Positions 39,579 through 52,223 of a stretch of DNA of 64,000 bases are shown here, piece by piece; the stretch's first letter is position 1; each line of letters opens with the position of its first letter. Below the pieces are notes generated by a model, which saw nothing but the letters and a program-made list of their open reading frames with translations, was not told the DNA's origin and made no database searches. Origin of the DNA: Tubiluchus corallicola. Lineage: Eukaryota > Animalia > Priapulida. A program made the position numbers and the translations under genes. The stretch covers positions 372,001-436,000 of the forward strand of contig JAQGDQ010000043.1 of the NCBI GenBank assembly GCA_030141605.1, written 5' to 3'.

Positions 39579-42109
39579 GTAAATTTAGGGATGATGTACA
39601 GACATAATGTGGCATTTAGTGAAACTTACAATTTCTCTACTGTCCCATGCAGGCAGTCGAACTATAGGCGCCAATCACGTTAATTAAAATAATCAATTGT
39701 AATTGTTTTGCGCGTGATTTATTCAATTAACCGCACTAACAAAAATAGTAGTAATCACTAATAGTAAAAAAGCATAAGAGATTAAGTAAATGCTGCTAAA
39801 TTTGATCATCAAAACTACGAAAAAGAGACAATTTTAGTACGCATATTAAAGAATGCAGGTTAACATTACTATAACACGTATAAGTACTGTATGGTTGGGA
39901 TACAGAAAAACCGAGAATGACATACATGCAGCAACCATATTAGGGAGTTTGGTTCATTGACCGCTCTCAGGGAAGAGTCTACTCACGGGTAAACTTTCTG
40001 CATGGGTGCGTTACTTGTGAGTTGTGAAACTTAAGTGTAGTACTGTATTCTCTTCGCACCTGTACAATGCAGGATACATGTGACTGATGAGGTTTTTAAA
40101 TAGGGCAATACATATGCACCAACAAATTTCACTAACATTTAGGTGTATCGTCTAATGATCTAAGACTAAAAGACCAATTCGTATGATATCACATTTTGTA
40201 AAGGAATAACAAAATATACACTCAGTGATACAGAGTTAATAGTTATTGCCATGTGCCTACACACACGGACGCACGCACGCACACATACACACATAGTAGC
40301 TTGCGCAGACTAAAGTTGTAAATTTGTATATTGTGTGTTTCTGCTTCTCTTAACTAGATTTTCATTTAGCCTTTTCATCAGAAATTAGCCTTTCATCTTT
40401 TTCACGTATACAGCTATTTCACTAGCTTCATCATCAAATTCACAGTCATATTCTGATCTGATTGTGAATACTTCGTTAGCGAATCTCTTTGCTGTTCAAT
40501 GTCGCCACACCCTAGCTTTTTTAATTGTCGTTCCTGTATTCAGCTTCTGAAGACTTCGATTCTTATAAGTTTATCTGCCGCAATTAGGTTAATGCTATTA
40601 GAAGAAACTTTTTTTTTATTTTGGGATGTTCATTACTATAAGTACTTAAGTTACATAGCTCTGTTGCTCTATGCGTACAATATAAAAATCGGGTAAAAGC
40701 GCGTCAGTACCGTTTATGTGAAATGACGCAATTTTAGGAAACCAGAGAAAGCTAAAATAAAAAGTGTTTTGTTGCGTGAAGAGACTTGTTAGTATTGATG
40801 AGTCATAATATTTGACAGTAAGTGATAACGTTTTGTTTAATTAAAGTGTTGTGCACTTAAGCAGTGTTATACATACCACATGTTACGTTAAATTAACTTA
40901 TGCTAAACTTGAAAATTAAAGACTTACTTCTAGAATTTGCCTCCTCCCCCTAAAATTTGCAGCGCTAGATAATTGCCTAGTTTGTCTAGCAGTAGAGCCG
41001 GTTCTGATGTTAACTCTATATTAGTTAAAAAAGCTATTTATCGATATCGAAGTTTTGTCCAGTTGTTTTTGAACGTTTTATAATTTCCTGTTTCTAATTT
41101 TCATATTTCATTTTGCTGTATTCCATTTGCAGAGTTGTAGAGTTCAATAATTACTTTATTATAACTTTTGTGTTAGCACACAAATATGTACAGTACAGGT
41201 GCTGCCCTCTATTTATAGTTAAAAATACTTAGCGGCTACTACACTCTAAAGGACGGTTAGTGTTGTACATGATTAAATTAAATTTACAGTGCCAAATATG
41301 TGATATACATAGCGCTTTACAGTTTCTATAAGTAAACAAAATTGGCCTATTTTTATCTGAAATTGTGTCTGCAGACTTCAAGTGAATATTTAAGCAGCAG
41401 CTGTGAAAGAGTCGCAATTTAGTCTTAACCTTATAGGGACTGGTGATTCTTTTTTGTGGTTGTAGTAGGACCAGAGCCATGTGCCAATTTTCAAAGATAG
41501 GCTTGCAAGAGCTTTTGAATCCGCATAAGTGAGAACACGCTTTAAAACATAAAAAAACAATGTTTATTTGCTGTTGATAAATTAACAGGCATCAATAATA
41601 TAGCATGCATGAGTATCTTACAGTTCAGATGTAACACTTTGAGCAAATAGTATAAATATTGTAATGAAGTTTTAAAAGCCTGTTATATAACATTGTACTA
41701 TACTAGCGAGAGACCAAAAACCACAAAAGTGCTTCGCGCATAATCGGTAATGCACGAATATTCTACAGAGCTTTCGATTAATGGCCGAAATCGATGATTT
41801 CGATTATTAACAGCACGTTGACAATTAACAGCTTCAAAAATTGATGAGTCGCTATACGCATGGATATTAAAAATAAGGAGGTAGTCAATCAGAACAAGAC
41901 TTATTAGTATTGACGACATTTTGGGAAACCACTGCCCCTTCATTAGGTTAGGTAAAATTAATCACATCGAATTCCAGAATGTCTATTAAACAAATTACAA
42001 TACACAAGAACATGGAATGACAGAATGGTTGCTATGAATGATAAAATTTTCAAGTACATTTTATATTTTACATTATCTTGCTTTGGAATCTTATGAACCG
42101 TTCCCGATT

Positions 42110-42560
42110 GATCATTAATATGGAGATGATATAGCTAGATTAATGTATCAAATTTTCAAACTGACACAGTAAAAAGGGATTCTCCAAAAAAACATAAAAA
42201 AGAAATCTTCAAGTAACCTTTCAAAAATAGAAGAATATAGTATTGCAAGCATCGTATTCAATCACAAAACCGTGTAAATATATGGGTATTCTTCTAAACA
42301 CCGAAGATGATATTAAAAATAGAAAACAGCAAGCAATGCATGATTTGTTTTCAATGCGAGAATGTATTAACTAGCAAGAAATAAAGTCATAACAGAAGAC
42401 TTCGATTATTTAATGCATATGTTACCGGCAACAGCGAAACAATATTTATGTACCGCAAAACTTTATCGAGTCCTCACAGACAGAAGTTTGTTAATTGCAA
42501 ACTAGTTAGAAAATGATAAAAACGAGTTTCTTTATAAAAAGAAAAACAAATTTGGGCTAG
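42110..42560 (+). mobile_element. Decayed RTE-like LINE fragment
   Basis: KIEEYSI..CKYMGILLNTEDDIKNRKQQA..RLRLFNAYV, with stops and frameshifts. Confidence 0.6.
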
Positions 42561-43103
42561 CATGAAACAAATCCAATACTAAAGCATAATTTTTGCAATT
42601 TTCCCACGTGTCTTTTATGTGTTATCATAGCAAATATTTTACTGGTTGCATTAAATGCACTTTCATATTGCGGTAGCAGGATGGCAGATCAAACTGGGAA
42701 TAATTTGCTGTGATTAACTATTTTTTAGCAATTAGAAGATGTCAGCAGCAACGTGGGACTGTGGAAATGAAAAATGGGAACTTGTCTATAGCTTGTCAAT
42801 ATAGACAGTCTGTTATTTTGCTGCTTACAGCTAAGAGACAATGTAAAAAGTTGTTCCCTTATAATTAACGAGGAATTAAGTTAAGAAGGTATTCAGCTAT
42901 TGACAATCATTAAACTTTTTCATATTTTCTTTTATGCCCGTATGAGAGCCTTCATAAACTTATTAAATTGAGGCAAAATAAAAGTAGCTGGACCGTGTTT
43001 ATGACGAAGTCATAAACTTAAGATTCTGCATTATGACCAAAACTGCAAGTGCTGACTGTTAAAAATCTTTGCTGACTTGATCTTTGACTCAAGATCATAA
43101 TTT

Positions 43104-43493
43104 TGTTATTGCTGAATTCTCCATGCTTATCTAGGAAATTTATTTTATTGCTGTTGTGGAGATTTGGAATATTCTATAGTATAGTAGAACAATCTTCTTA
43201 CCTTGTAGAAGATTCGAGAACTTTCTATACGCGATGTGCATAGTAGTTTATAGATTGTTCTCTTGCACTGATATATAAGGCGGAGCTGGCCGCTTGAGTT
43301 TATTCTCGTATTTTCATATTCTCAGATATGCACACTCTCGTTTACATGTTTCCAGATTGTCATATTGACCGTACACATTGACGTTCCTTCGTACTTTTGT
43401 GTTGTAAAATTCTCGCATAATAAACTAGTTTAATTTGACGACGTGTTTTCTGTTTTTTTTCTACGAGCCGTCCGAGAGAAACAAAACATAACA
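43104..43493 (+). mobile_element. Solo LTR (~390 bp)
   Basis: TGTTAT...ATAACA termini, internal TATATAAG (~43272) and AATAAA (~43419); flanks ATTT/ATTG (imperfect 4-bp TSD). Confidence 0.7.
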
Positions 43494-43499
43494 ATTGCA

Positions 43500-44300
43500 A
43501 CCTCATTTTAACACTTTCGCCTATGTCATGTGATCTCCACGCCCATTTTTCGAAAAATTCTTAGTACGCATCTACGCTCGACCGAAAACCCATACGTGCA
43601 ATAACATAGGCTTCTAGTCCAATACTGTAACTGGTGTTGAGCGATTAAGTCTTTCACCCCAATTTGAACATTTTGGGTCCTGCTGATGTGACCTTTGACT
43701 CAGAATTTTATCATTCTCATATCGTTTTGTGGCTACCCATATTAGCTGCTTACCTTGCAAGTTTCGTGATTTTAACTCTTATAGTTAGAGCGTCACGTGA
43801 CCTGGCCTCGCCCACTTTCCGAAATGTACTTATTGTGCATCTACACCCGTCCGGCTACCTACACATGTATTCTCTCTTAGTCCAATACTGTAAGAGGAGT
43901 TCTGTGACGAAACTGCTTGCATTACTTTTCACATTTTGACTCCTAACTCGGAACTTTCTTAGACGTCAATTTCCGAAAAATACTTAATATAGATATACCC
44001 CGTAGGACCTAAATACCAGGGAAAAAATTTGAATTTAACTCAGAGCCCTAGGAGGGGTTAAGTAATAATTGAAAAACTGACCGATGTCCTGTGTCCTTGA
44101 CCCTTTGACCCGAGGTCGCCAGTCACCATATCGCTGCTTGTCCCCCACCGTCAAGTCTTTACCCAACAAGTTTGGTGACTATAGGTACCATCGTTTTGGA
44201 GTTATTTGATATATTTGATGTGTTTATTGCGTAAATATTAGCGCAAGTTGTTGCGTCATTTACATAACACACATGCTCACAAAAATACGATTATAGCATT
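43500..44300. mobile_element. Non-autonomous interspersed element with internal diverged repeats (possibly Helentron/HINE-like)
   Basis: Three diverged copies of CGCCCA..TTTCCGAAA..T.CTTA...CATCTAC..CCG...TAGTCCAATACTGTAA plus TGACCTTTGAC motifs; classification is inference. Confidence 0.45.
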
Positions 44301-44489
44301 TATAAAAAACAAAAAAAATTTACACATTTACAAACATAAGAGGACATCACATATTGATGTATAAAACCCATATAACATAAAAATAATACAAACACAGAAT
44401 TTACATTCTTGGTGCAGCATCCCTTTAGATATTAACAATTAAATTCATAACCTTCGTAAAGCAATATTTTACATAGTTACACTCTGTAT

Positions 44490-45240
44490 TTAAACTATCC
44501 ACATCATTGGTCCCAGTTAGAAAAATCAGTTTGTTTATCTACTATTGTCTTCAGGGTCAAAATATGGTCGCTGGTACTATGTCCCCTACAGAAGCCGATT
44601 TGCGAGTTGTGAATAGTCTCATGTTTCTCTAAATAATCTTGTAATCTGTTGTTCAAGATCTTTGCAAACAGCTTACTTATGCAACTTGAAATTGCTATCC
44701 CACTATACTTATTGGGACCATTTTTATTCCCAGATTTGAATATCTGCACAATTAAACTTTCCGACGTTTCCGGGTCGTTACCATTTGGCAAAATCAAGTT
44801 AAAGATCTTGGTAATGCATGGAGCAAAAATGGGATAACTTGTTTTACTAACTAGTTGGTTATGATGTCATACATTCCTGACTTATTGTTTTTGAGACAAT
44901 TGGCTGCCTTTATCACTTCACGGAGTTTCACAGTATAGTCAACTTGAATTCTGGAAACCGATTTGTGTGTTGTTCATTGCATTCATCGTCGCAGCCTGAA
45001 AGTAAATTCTTAAAGTGATCATACATAGTTTTAGGGCTAATATTTTCGTTATTTGACTGGTTGTCAGTGTTCTGGGTCACACTTTTATTTCTTCCCAAAA
45101 TAAGTTTGATTTTCATGTTTCAGGAGATTTGTGACTAGGGAATTTTTGAATGCTCTATATTTTTGTTGTATCAGAGCTTCAAAATGCTTTTCCGCTTCGA
45201 TATGATTTTTCATATACTAACCCATTTTCAAATCCGACAA
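44490..45240 (-). mobile_element. Decayed LINE RT fragment (RTEX/CR1-like)
   Basis: IFKSGNKNGPNKYSGIAISSCISKLFAKILNNRL..QIGFCRGHSTSDHILTLKTIVDK. Confidence 0.8.
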
Positions 45241-48200
45241 AGAGCATACATTTTGACACAACTGATACTGCAAAAGCGTTTCTGATAATTAAATTATAGA
45301 TTAAAAACTTAATTAACGGCAGGCCGGCCCAACCATTGATGACACCACTGTAACGTTCATATCAGCTTCCTACATAAATAGACTCGTGTAGTAGCTTACG
45401 TCATGTGAGTGTCGTAATTGTTCAGTTAGTCTGTCAGTTGGTTGGTCAACCCAGTTGCAGATTTTGGGAAAAATGCAAACTCCGATCATTTTTGGCCCTT
45501 TTATGCTGTGCGTATCTCAATATGTATTTTATCTTTTGTTCAAATGTGGAAGTAAAAAAATTAATATTAGTATCAAAAAGGTCTTTCCTATAGCCTGTAA
45601 GCGACAATGACCATTAGCCAAGGTTAGTAATTACTGGGAAAAGAGCAGTTTAATCGCTTGAAATGATAGCTGTAGGAAGCCCGCGTATACCTATGAGTAC
45701 AACTACTACCGCATGTATCGAAAAGAGTTCAGCCAGTTTATTCCACGTATGGCATGTAGTTTGGTGTGACGTGCAAGTAACATTGTCCAAGTAGTCAGTT
45801 ATAACATATGGTGGCTTTCTCCATGAGATCTGAAATGATTGGACAACTTGAGTGGGTGGATTTTTTTGGTGGTAGATATTTCCACGAAGTTTGGTGACAA
45901 GTAAGACGTTGTCTCATTGCTGTAGTCGCATCGTTGAGAAGTGTTATGGGCAAACTGTCAAATCGCTGGGAGGCGGATCCACGTTTGAGGTGACGAGACA
46001 GCGCAGTACGGTTCAACTACCTAGAGACTGTAAGTTGCACGATTTAGTATTACCTTATCTGATGCTAGCAGTTGCGTGGAAGCTAGACTTAACATCTTTG
46101 CTGTTCAAGAAATTCGGTGGTGACGTTACTCTAAACAAATTAAACTACACATCCGACATCCGAACCACTCTGTTCAATAGAAAGGCCCCGGTAGATTGCC
46201 TATAAGTTTTACACTGTCTGGAGCTGACAGGTAGATGATTCCCCCCTTTTCTTTAGCTCGCTCAGGCCAGTCAAATTGTTATCCAGCGACTACCTTCAAC
46301 GAAACAACGTGCCCCCAATCATCAGATTGCAATCGCAAACTAACATAATTTTCAACAGCAGAAATATTCCACGAGCGTGTTGCACGCATTTGCGAAAGCG
46401 AAAATTGAAGTACAGTGCTACTGTAAGATATTCAGTGTGTTGTACTAGGCTTTAAGATAAGTTTTAAGATAAAAATTCAAAGTTCGTCACAAACTAACAC
46501 ATCTGAACTGAGAGGTACAGCACTTGTTTTTGTGCAATGCGTTTCCGAAATGCAGGTACTTGTGTCCGCCTAACTAGCGAATGGGGAAATGCATGTAACA
46601 GCGATGAACTAGTGGCGCGAACGCGAAACTAATAATTCTTTCACGTAAGTCATTTTTGAAATAATAGCACGTTTCCTTTCACTATTTTAAGGAGTAGGTT
46701 GTTTTGACTTACAGTTTAAGATTGGCTGCGGTTTTGCTTTAATAAGAGAACTTGAGCACAGTAGCATCACCACATGTAAAAAGCCATGTTAATGGTTATA
46801 AGTTGGCAAAGCGATAACCGAATTTGTTAGGTATTCAATTACAGTTCTCTACCAAAATGACACCTGGATGTAGTTTTTTATTATTTTGATAAAGGCAAAG
46901 GTTCCATATTTAACTATTACACTAATCCAACTAGAAAGAAACTTTTAACAACTTTTGATATTACAAATTCTAGCTATAGTTCAGTGTAGTGCAAGAAAAT
47001 TTCAGGATTTAACCGCAGGCAGAAGGTAGAAAGTTGTAAAAGTAGAAGTGACTAGAATCATGACACCATTTCCATTGAGAAACCAACATGGATCATATAC
47101 CTATCTATTTATGACCCTCAGCACTAGACACGGAAATAAATGTTCTTTGTTCTTTTTTCAGCATAATGAGGTCTCTTACATCTAAACTGGCGAGGTTTTT
47201 TTTAAAATAATTACGTTATCGTCTTCATCGTGTCCTTGATCGTCATCGTCGTCATCGTCACCGTCATCATTCGTCTCCCTTGTTGTTCTACCTTGTCATC
47301 ATCATCGTGTCCCTGATCACCTTCTTTGTCACCATTGGTGGCATCGTCACTATCTTCATTATTAATCATTATCATCATCGCTTGCTTTACCACTTAACAG
47401 AAAAGGCCGAATAAACGAAAACATGGATTAATGTTACAAATCAATTGTTACTGTAATTTACTTTTGAAAGCAAAATGCCGAGAAAAAAATTCGTGTATCG
47501 TTTTATGTAAACAAACAAACAAGCAACGTCGTACAAAAATACTATAAACCTTATTTGTGTGCATTACAGGAGCTGTCTAATCTAATAACAATAATAATCT
47601 AGATGTCAGTAGCTATTGAACTGATGCGTTCAATCAGTAATTAGCCAATATCTCTGCTTTCAACTTTGAATAAATAAATAAAAAAGCGTTCAAATATAAT
47701 TATTTAACATCACTTTTTTACCGAACGACATCTATTTCTACGTTATAAGAATAAACTTTCTCTTTTCAGGCGCGTGCAATGTAATAGGCTCTTAAAGGAA
47801 TACTGTAGTTCAGTGAATAAGATGTTCTAAATGCTCGTCGACCTAATTTCAAAATGGGTTTTAAAAATCTGTCGAAATTTTCTTTCAACACCCACTCTTA
47901 GATGTCGGACATACATGTCAAGAAATTTTACCTGAGCTTAGTCGAAGTTTCAAAGCGAATGATTGCATAATAAATTTTCTGTAATGTCAGTCATTAGTCG
48001 GCGTTTCTCACTCCCAACAATTAAAGCCTGTCGGTTGTATTATTTATAATGGCCGTCCAGTCATGTTTTCGCAAATAAAATTAGTTCAGCTTATGATCAT
48101 GTTAACAATAAACTTGAAGCGTTTCTAATCTTGTGCATTTTGTTTGAGTCGCTCGGTAAGCCGGCAAACGATTTTTAATTACTTTATATTTAATTGCGAA

Positions 48201-48463
48201 AAATAAACAGTTATTCGTCTGTTGTGGAATTCACGAAATGGACTATGGCAACGCTAAATGGTGTTCGAAACGACATACCCAGATAATTGGGAAGGAAAAA
48301 CTCAATAAGCGGGTAACACGACTCTTCGCATTCCGGACTAGTTTACTAAATTATGAGTATAAGTAAGTACTTGGTCTATTGAAAAGTCCAAATTGGTGAA
48401 TGAAAAATCTCATTCATACATATAATGCCTCTAATATTTGTCACATATTTGTGTTTTGGAATA

Positions 48464-48559
48464 CAAAAGGCTTCGTCAAAGTTGATATATAACTAGAATA
48501 ACTACCTTTAATAACAACATCGTATTTCTTCATGTTATCACAATTTCGCAATGCTTAGC

Positions 48560-48590
<31 letters not shown>

Positions 48591-48612
48591 TCAACTTTGA
48601 CGAAGCCTTTTG
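48464..48612. repeat. Perfect 25-bp inverted repeat enclosing (TA)n
   Basis: CAAAAGGCTTCGTCAAAGTTGATAT (48464-48488) vs its reverse complement at 48588-48612. Confidence 0.85.
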
Positions 48613-49316
48613 AAACAGATGCTGCACTCCAACTTACTAGCAATATATATATCATCTATTTACAGGTTTCCAAATTACCGTTTGAGCGAACAGCACAAGT
48701 ATTGATCAGTCTTCGACATCAATTCAACCAGGCAACTAACCATACGTCACATTGGTCAAGATAATTATATTGGTTGAAATATTCTCTTCTTTGCTAGTCA
48801 TCTAGCACAAATCCAGCATTCTATATTACTGATACGAAAATTATGCTATTTCATTAGTTTGATCGCGAGGCGTAAATTTGGCGTAACAAGTACCGTGATT
48901 GTGCATAGGAAAAGGCGTAGAAAAAGGGTGCTACTACTACTAACTGATTAAAAAAGGCGATAGAAACTAAAGTGTACGATGGAATAGATATCGAGTAGAA
49001 GTCCTAAACTTCTTTTGTATTTTACAGTATTTGCAAACTTAGCCTCCATTAGAAATGGTTTTTTTGCTTTTAATCCCCCTTATTGGTTTTCCACTCGTGT
49101 TCAGAGCAAAGTCGATTGTCAGTTTTTGGAGAGTTTGCCAACAAAAACACGTTTCCTCTCTTAGTAATTTCTACCCTCTTTCATGCAGTTTTAATCAAAC
49201 ATACCAGAGCATGGCTCGGAAATTTCAACCGTTTACAAATACGCGCATCGCGTCCTTCTCTGTAAATCTGATTCTATTTGGGGGCGAATAACTGGGGCAG
49301 AATAAGTGAAAGCGAG

Positions 49317-49402
49317 GTATAAAAGGGGAGATGAAAGCAAAGATTAGTCACTATTGCTTTTCACGTGTGGGAAACATACGCTTCCTGGGCAACACGAGCA
49401 AG
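49317..49402 (+). promoter_or_regulatory. TATA box, Inr and non-coding first exon of Gly-rich gene A
   Basis: GTATAAAAGG at 49317, TTAGTC Inr-like ~27 nt downstream, donor AAG|GTAGTT at 49403; acceptor ttctag| at 50150. Confidence 0.6.
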
Positions 49403-50151
49403 GTAGTTTTACCAAAATTTATTATTATTTTTCTTATTTCTCTTAGACGCAACTTTTTCAAAATGTCAGCGCCTTTTGACTGTATGGAATAGTTTTATTT
49501 TGGTTTAAAAAAATTCTAGGAATTTTAACAATAATATGTACAAAAAGTCCATGCTGAACATGCAGAGTAACTACTGTTTTTTCCTTTTTTTGCCGCCTCT
49601 TTCTCCCTGCTTCTTGTTTTTTAATTTCTTTCTCCACCCTTAATTCTTCCGTCATTTTTCTTTCCGTAATATTTTTTAACCGTTTTTCCTCTTTTTCTTT
49701 TCTTTTTTCTTTATTTTTGTTTTTCTTGTTCGTTCTTTCTTTATTATTCCTTTCTTGTTTCCTTTGACACTTCCTTCTTTCTCGTCTTCCTTGATTCATT
49801 TTTTCGTCTTTACGGGCTTTCTTCAAAGCTACATGTAGTTTTTATTAAATATTGATACTTGTTTGTAATCGTGACGTGCGAAGTGAACTCTTGTACTATA
49901 GTTTCAGCACAACCTTCACAGTAACAGACCTGGGTCATAGTAGCAGGTGACAGGATAAATTTTAGGCTGTATTGTAGCAGACGTCATACCAGGCTATAAA
50001 GATCGGTTTACTGTGCTAGCTATTGTGCTTTTGTGTGACGGAAAATAGGGGTAAAGAATGTATTCATTGGAATGATCGGTCGTGAAAATAATTACTATTG
50101 CTGCAATGACTATAATAAGTGCGAATCATAGTTTATTATTTTGATTCTAGG

Positions 50152-51108
50152 ATGCAGTGTTTTTCCGTAGCCGTTCTGTTAGCATGCATTGCTCATGTCA
50201 TCAGCGATGCTAATGGTCCTGAAGGTATAGCTGGTGTGCAGGGAGGAGGATATGGTCAACGCCGTAGTGGCGGTTCCACGCGGTTTGACCTAGGACAATC
50301 TGGCTTTGACTTGATGAATGTTCGTGGACGTAGTACAGGCCAGACACACGTACAACAGCCTACCCAGTTCAGTGGTTCATCACTTCAGACTCTTGGAGGA
50401 GGCAGTCGTCAAACATCTTTCCAAAGTAGAGGTTCAGGATCATTTGGTGCATCATCGTTTGGTGGGTCATCAGGTGGCAGCTTTAGTGGTTCTTCTGGAG
50501 GGTCCTTCGGTGGTTCCTCTGGTGGTTCATTTGGGGGTTCTTCAGCTTCCTCTCAATTTTCTTCTGCTGGTTTACAGGGCTTCGGCGGTGGAAACATTGA
50601 TCCCAATAACTTTGGTAATATCGACGCTGAAGCATTTGGCTTTGAAAACTTTGGCAACAACTACATCAACGTTGAGGACTTTGACTTCAATCAATGGAGA
50701 AACGATGCGGCTAACCTAGCCCCAAGAGAAGCCGTTAACGCTGCCCAATCGGAGCAGGTGGTCATTGGAACAAGGTTCCGTTCAGGGTTTGCTCGTCAGA
50801 ACGAGAAGAGTGAACAGGTCAGAGAAGGGTCTGGAAGTGGAGAAGCTGGTATTGAACTCAGTGCCTCACGGGAAGCTAGCCAGGATGCTACCCAACAATA
50901 CACACAGTCCGCTTCAGGAGAAGGTAAGACAGAACAGGGTGCAGCATACGGATACCAGAGAACGCCTAACTTGCAGTTCCAAGCTGTTCAACTTGAATCT
51001 CTTCCAGTTCACTCAGGACCCGCTAACACCCTGCCATCAAGTGCAAGAACAAGATCTTCATCTAGAACTATTGGGGGTGGAAATCAGCAGAGAGGATACG
51101 GCAATTAG
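50152..51108 (+). CDS. Secreted Gly/Ser/Gln-rich protein A (318 aa), uncharacterised; paralog of 53689-54375
   Basis: ATG directly after an acceptor; signal peptide MQCFSVAVLLACIAHVIS; (GGSSGGSF)n repeats; domain shared with protein B; GC-richer than the flanks. Confidence 0.88.
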   Translation: MQCFSVAVLLACIAHVISDANGPEGIAGVQGGGYGQRRSGGSTRFDLGQSGFDLMNVRGRSTGQTHVQQPTQFSGSSLQTLGGGSRQTSFQSRGSGSFGASSFGGSSGGSFSGSSGGSFGGSSGGSFGGSSASSQFSSAGLQGFGGGNIDPNNFGNIDAEAFGFENFGNNYINVEDFDFNQWRNDAANLAPREAVNAAQSEQVVIGTRFRSGFARQNEKSEQVREGSGSGEAGIELSASREASQDATQQYTQSASGEGKTEQGAAYGYQRTPNLQFQAVQLESLPVHSGPANTLPSSARTRSSSRTIGGGNQQRGYGN

Positions 51109-51954
51109 TTACCCTTGCGTCATTCTCAGTATTAATGGCGGCTCGTTTCTGGTGTTTTTGGAAAATCTAACAAGGACAAAATGTCTTTATGTTCATGATA
51201 ACTTCCCTCTTTTTTGAGCTTTGGGAATCACATCGCAGACTGGGACATCAAAACTTCAGTAGCTTGTTCAGCTCATGTTTGAAGATAGCTTTAGATCTGT
51301 TAATAGATAAAACGACTTAAATCAAAGAAGTTGATTTCATACGTGTATTTATATAAAGCGAAGTCAAGTGACAAATGTTGATATCATTGAGTGTATCCTT
51401 CACGTGTAAAGCAATTGTGACAAACAAGGCCATACTATGTACATATAATTATTAAAATAAATAGAAACTAATTTGCAGGAAAAATATTTTTGAGTATGAT
51501 TACGTAAGTATTGTGAAATGTTATTAGAATTTTTGCGATTTCTTCAGCAAAAGTTTCATTTGCCAAAAGGCCAAAGTTTGTTTCAGCTTTGCTGCGAAGA
51601 GACAAAAATCAGATCAATAAAATTAACCGGTAGCAGCAACATCGACGACGAAGAAGACGACAACAACAGTAAGGACAAAGACAATGACAAGAGAAAAGCA
51701 AAAACATCAATAACTACAACATCTGTAACAGCAACAACTTCAAAAGCTGCAACAACAAGTACCATAAAAATCACAACAGCAGTAGCAGCAGAAGTACCAA
51801 CAAACTGAAATGACAAAATATTATAAAACTTAATTTCTAGTAGTAATATCAATACAGCATCTTTATCACAAACACGCATTAAAAGGAAAACAGTAGGAGT
51901 GAAAAAAAGGGAAAACTGAATTATCCATATTATATATGGGCAAATAGATGCAAC

Positions 51955-52223
51955 TACATCAAAACTGAATTTATTGCCGACCGGTTGCTACTAACATGTT
52001 TGTTTGTTTGTGGAGTGTAGCATAGTTTCATAGAAATCAAAATACGTAATCTGCAAGGTAAAATGCTGAATTATCTATATAATGTTATTTCATATATCTT
52101 TTGGCTATCTAACTACTGAATTTCGACGTTGTTTCTCAATTCTGGTAAATTTCTTTCTTTTAGATGCCTTGACAATGAACAGTTTGTTCGAAACCGGATG
52201 GCAATAAATTCAATTTTGATGTA
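51955..52223. mobile_element. ~270-bp element bounded by 32-bp inverted repeats, containing a Penelope-type hammerhead-like motif
   Basis: TACATCAAAACTGAATTTATTGCCGACCGGTT vs AACCGGATGGCAATAAATTCAATTTTGATGTA (29/32 complementary). Confidence 0.7.
52165..52203 (+). ncRNA. Degenerate minimal type I hammerhead ribozyme-like motif
   Basis: TGCC-TTGACAAT-GAACA(GTT)TGTTC-GAAA-CCGG-AT-GGCA: stem I, variant core, 5-bp stem II, GAAA, palindromic stem III; the inverted copy retains the GTC triplet. Confidence 0.45.

Noticed and set aside
45700-46300. GC-richer segment with 73-aa and 104-aa ORFs
   Set aside because: No recognisable protein motifs or exon structure; probably a decayed transposon piece that I cannot classify
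49458-49826. 122-aa Lys/Arg/Glu-rich ORF
   Set aside because: Antisense translation of a T/C-rich low-complexity tract inside the predicted intron of gene A
50318-51217. Overlapping alternative-frame ORFs (133 aa, 150 aa) in gene A, and similar ones over gene B
   Set aside because: Shadow frames of a Gly/Ser-rich CDS; no motifs or independent signals
51518-51879. Thr-rich mucin-like / hydrophobic ORFs on both strands
   Set aside because: Degenerate (ACA/GCA/GAC)n simple repeat
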